This document shows, piece after piece, positions 61,663 through 64,000 of a stretch of 64,000 nucleotides of DNA. Position 1 is the first letter of the stretch. Each line of letters starts with the position of its first letter. A model generated the notes under the pieces. The model did no database searches, was not told where the DNA came from, and saw only the letters and a list, made by a program, of their open reading frames with translations. Source of the stretch: Nitrospirota bacterium (GTDB taxonomy: Bacteria; Nitrospirota; Thermodesulfovibrionia; Thermodesulfovibrionales; Dissulfurispiraceae); the NCBI GenBank assembly GCA_040754455.1, contig JBFMCP010000001.1, positions 128,001 through 192,000 on the forward strand, in the 5' to 3' direction. A program made the position numbers and the translations under genes.

Positions 61663-62956
61663 AAAGATCGAGTTTGTAGGTGTTCCATTCGTTGCAGTTG
61701 AGGCATCTTCCCGACCAGCTGGGGGCTTTGAAGCCGCAGACCGAGCAACAGTAGGTATCGATAACGAATTTCCTTATACCGCAGGCGCGCCTGAACTCAT
61801 TCACCGCAGCAGAAACCTGATTTCTCTTCATGTACAGGTCGCCTTTCAGGCTGAAGAGCTCGGGAGGGGAAAAGATGCTTGTATCGATTGAGTTGAGCGT
61901 TGCAAGGGCATCATCGATCATCTCGAGCCGGTAGTAAAGCTTTCCGAGCAGGAACTTGAGCCCGCTGTCCTGGGGATTTCTGGAGACGGCGTTCTTGTAA
62001 AAGCGTATCAGCCTGCCTGGCTCACCGACACTGATGAGCAGGTCTTCGAGACGGGCGAGGAGGATGACGGAGTTTAACTGTTCATAGCTCTTTTCGAGGA
62101 AGTTGATGACCTCCTCCGTTTCTCCTTTGGTCAGGAGCACCTCGGCCATGCCGAGGTAGGCGGGGATAAAGGTGCTCTCCATTTTGAGCAGCGTCCTGAA
62201 GGCCTTTTCGGCTTTTTCGAGGTTGCCGTTCTCAAGGCTCGCACGGGCATATTCGTATTTATACCCCAGCAGGCGGTGCTCCTCTTTCTGCCGGTCCTTT
62301 TCATTCTGTTCAAGCTTGATAATCGCCTTCTGCAGTGAGAGCAGGTCGTCCCACTCCTCTTTTCTTTCGAGGAGCGCACGTTTGCGATAGAGTGCAGTGA
62401 GATTTTCGGCATCGATATCGAGGATGTCTTCAAGATATCTGAGGGCGTCCTCGTGCCGCTGCGTCCGCTCCATCACAAGCTCCAGCGAAAGGAGGGCCTG
62501 CAGATTTCTTGGATCGATATCGCGGGCCTTCTTATAGTACTCGAGGGCGGTCTTATAATCCTCGTTGTTGAGGGCGATATCCCCCATTCTGAGCAGCGCG
62601 TCGACGTATTCGGGATCTTCCTTCAGGATCCCCCCGAGTGCCTCCCGGGCGTCTTCGTCCTTGTTGCCCATGATCGCGTTGAGGGCCTTTGAATAGTAGG
62701 CATCGATGCGGGCGTCACGTTTCTGTTTTTTCTGGTACTGCATATTGTCGATAAGTCGTTTCGTGTCCCGGATGAAGAAGATGACAAGAATAAGGAGCGC
62801 TCCGACAGTCGTCGCGAGGAGCATGAGCGCGATCTTCGGGAGCTCGTAAAGGTTCCCGAAGGGGACTTTCACGGTCACCATCCCTTTATTTTCCATAGCG
62901 AAGAGGCCGAGAGCTGCAAGAAAGATCAGGAATATAAGGATTGCCAGCTTTCCCAT
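61643..62956 (-). CDS. LapA/LapB-like TPR membrane protein
   Basis: Two N-terminal TM helices, TPRs, C-terminal CSVCGF..W..CLNC.EW rubredoxin-like motif. Confidence 0.8.
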   Translation of the reverse strand: MGKLAILIFLIFLAALGLFAMENKGMVTVKVPFGNLYELPKIALMLLATTVGALLILVIFFIRDTKRLIDNMQYQKKQKRDARIDAYYSKALNAIMGNKDEDAREALGGILKEDPEYVDALLRMGDIALNNEDYKTALEYYKKARDIDPRNLQALLSLELVMERTQRHEDALRYLEDILDIDAENLTALYRKRALLERKEEWDDLLSLQKAIIKLEQNEKDRQKEEHRLLGYKYEYARASLENGNLEKAEKAFRTLLKMESTFIPAYLGMAEVLLTKGETEEVINFLEKSYEQLNSVILLARLEDLLISVGEPGRLIRFYKNAVSRNPQDSGLKFLLGKLYYRLEMIDDALATLNSIDTSIFSPPELFSLKGDLYMKRNQVSAAVNEFRRACGIRKFVIDTYCCSVCGFKAPSWSGRCLNCNEWNTYKLDLYESCKA

Positions 62957-63393
62957 CAGTGGTGATACCCCCTTCCTTCGCGTATCATCAGCGACCGGTA
63001 GAGCTGCTCAAGAAAAATGAGCCGTGCCATCTCGTGGGTAAAGGTCATTTTTGAGAGTGCGATGATATCTGCTGCGTTGTCCCGTACCTCGTCGGAAACG
63101 CCGTAGGGCCCTCCGATAACAAATTCCATTTTGGTCCTGTCCTTAAAAAGGCCGGCAAATTCCACCGAGGTAAATTCCCTTCCCCTCTGGTCGAGCAGGA
63201 TATACGAGTCTGCCTGTTTCACTATCTTTCTGCCTTCTGCCGAAAGGGAACTCTCCACGCTCTTCCCCTTTTCCTCTTTTATTTCCACAACCGAGATATC
63301 CGCCATGGGACGCAGCCGCTTGAGGTAGTGCTCAATCCCCTCGCTGAGATACCGCTCTCTTGTCTTCCCTACCCAGAGGATCCGTATCCTCAT
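62956..63393 (-). CDS. rlmH: 23S rRNA (pseudouridine1915-N3)-methyltransferase
   Basis: VGKT, FVIGGPYG, LSKMTFTHEMARL, EQLYR, YHH. Confidence 0.95.
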   Translation of the reverse strand: MRIRILWVGKTRERYLSEGIEHYLKRLRPMADISVVEIKEEKGKSVESSLSAEGRKIVKQADSYILLDQRGREFTSVEFAGLFKDRTKMEFVIGGPYGVSDEVRDNAADIIALSKMTFTHEMARLIFLEQLYRSLMIREGRGYHH

Positions 63394-63416
63394 GGCAAGT
63401 TAGAGGGAGGAACTAA

Positions 63417-63494
63417 GAAGTGAGAAGTATAAACTCAAATACTTTCTTTTTGTTTTTCTCACTTCTCACTTTTCACGTGTAACTTCTTACTTTC
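63417..63494. repeat. Heptamer (AGTGAGA/TCTCACT-like) inverted micro-repeat
   Basis: AGAAGTGAGAA inverted against TTCTCACTTCTCACTTTTCAC; overlaps the rsfS stop region. Confidence 0.55.
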
Positions 63495-63833
63495 CTCTAT
63501 CGGTATGCGCGGTGCATCCAACCAGAATTTTTCGAGCTCGTAGAACGCCCTGGTTTCCTCTTCGAAGACATGGACGATAACATCGCCGTAATCCATAAGA
63601 ATCCAGTGGGCATACTCTGCCCCCTCGATGCCCTGCGGCTTTATCCCCTGCTGGCGCAATACCTCTTCTATATGATCGGCGATTGCTTTAACTTGCGTAG
63701 TGCTCTCACCTGAGCAGATGACGAAATAGTCGGCGATGACCGTGAGCCCTTTTAATTCGAGGATGAGCGTTTCCGTCGCTTTTTTGTCAAGGGCGGCGTT
63801 GGCGACCTTTATCGCTTTTGTCTTGCTTTCTAT
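63459..63833 (-). CDS. rsfS: Ribosome silencing factor (non-canonical ATA start proposed)
   Basis: ALDKKA..IADYFVICSG.ST.QVKAIAD..WILMDYGDVIVHVF..R.FYELEKFW; upstream of rlmH. Confidence 0.92.
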   Translation of the reverse strand: MESKTKAIKVANAALDKKATETLILELKGLTVIADYFVICSGESTTQVKAIADHIEEVLRQQGIKPQGIEGAEYAHWILMDYGDVIVHVFEEETRAFYELEKFWLDAPRIPIEESKKLHVKSEK

Positions 63834-63895
63834 GGGAAATACTCCTTTCTCTGCTGCTTATTATAGCAGAATTCAAAAGCGGAGAGTACAATTAA

Positions 63896-63927
63896 AAATC
63901 CGAAATCCCAAACTCGAAATTCTAAAT
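63896..63927. repeat. Tandem heptamer repeat
   Basis: AAATCCG AAATCCC AAACTCG AAATTCT AAAT. Confidence 0.65.
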
Positions 63928-63947
63928 AACACAAGGGAGGCGAGAAT

Positions 63948-64000
63948 GGGTGCGGCAAGTAGCTTTTGAGCGCTTCCTTATACTTCCACTAAGGTTTCAA
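63948..64000 (+). ncRNA. Structured intergenic element, copy D (5' part; cut by the window end)
   Basis: GGGTGCGGCAAGTAGCTTTTGAGCGCTTCCTTATACTTCCACTAAGGTTTCA aligns with copy A 3051-3101. Confidence 0.55.

Overview
A 64-kb bacterial chromosome segment of mostly core genes; gene content and protein style suggest Nitrospirota or a related lineage (inference, not proven). Left to right: partial glnE, oppC/oppB, a tRNA methyltransferase, ispG, mltG, groES-groEL with a perfect CIRCE, rhomboid, lgt, an amidohydrolase, a sigma54 response regulator ahead of a complete chemosensory operon, pstSCAB-phoU plus pit/DUF47 with Pho-box arrays, malQ, a ~11-kb copper/metal island, gltX, a decayed vapBC, msrA, glnS, tRNA-Leu(CAG), an HD-GYP protein, and an archaeal-type Pab1020/Rnl3 RNA ligase convergent with a protein-only RNase P (HARP) that ends an rsfS-rlmH-lapB-like run. 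Main observations: (1) a dispersed family of ~145-175 nt intergenic rod-forming elements (at least 4 copies, all on the + strand, with conserved 5' arm, conserved spacing and compensatory stem changes) that I cannot assign to a known family; (2) the HARP + Rnl3 ligase pair; (3) rsfS appears to need a non-canonical ATA start; (4) a 73-aa Cys-rich orphan with its own Pho-box array; (5) a 690-bp identical block shared by two chemoreceptors, one with a predicted periplasmic CZB domain. All calls were made by eye without database searches.
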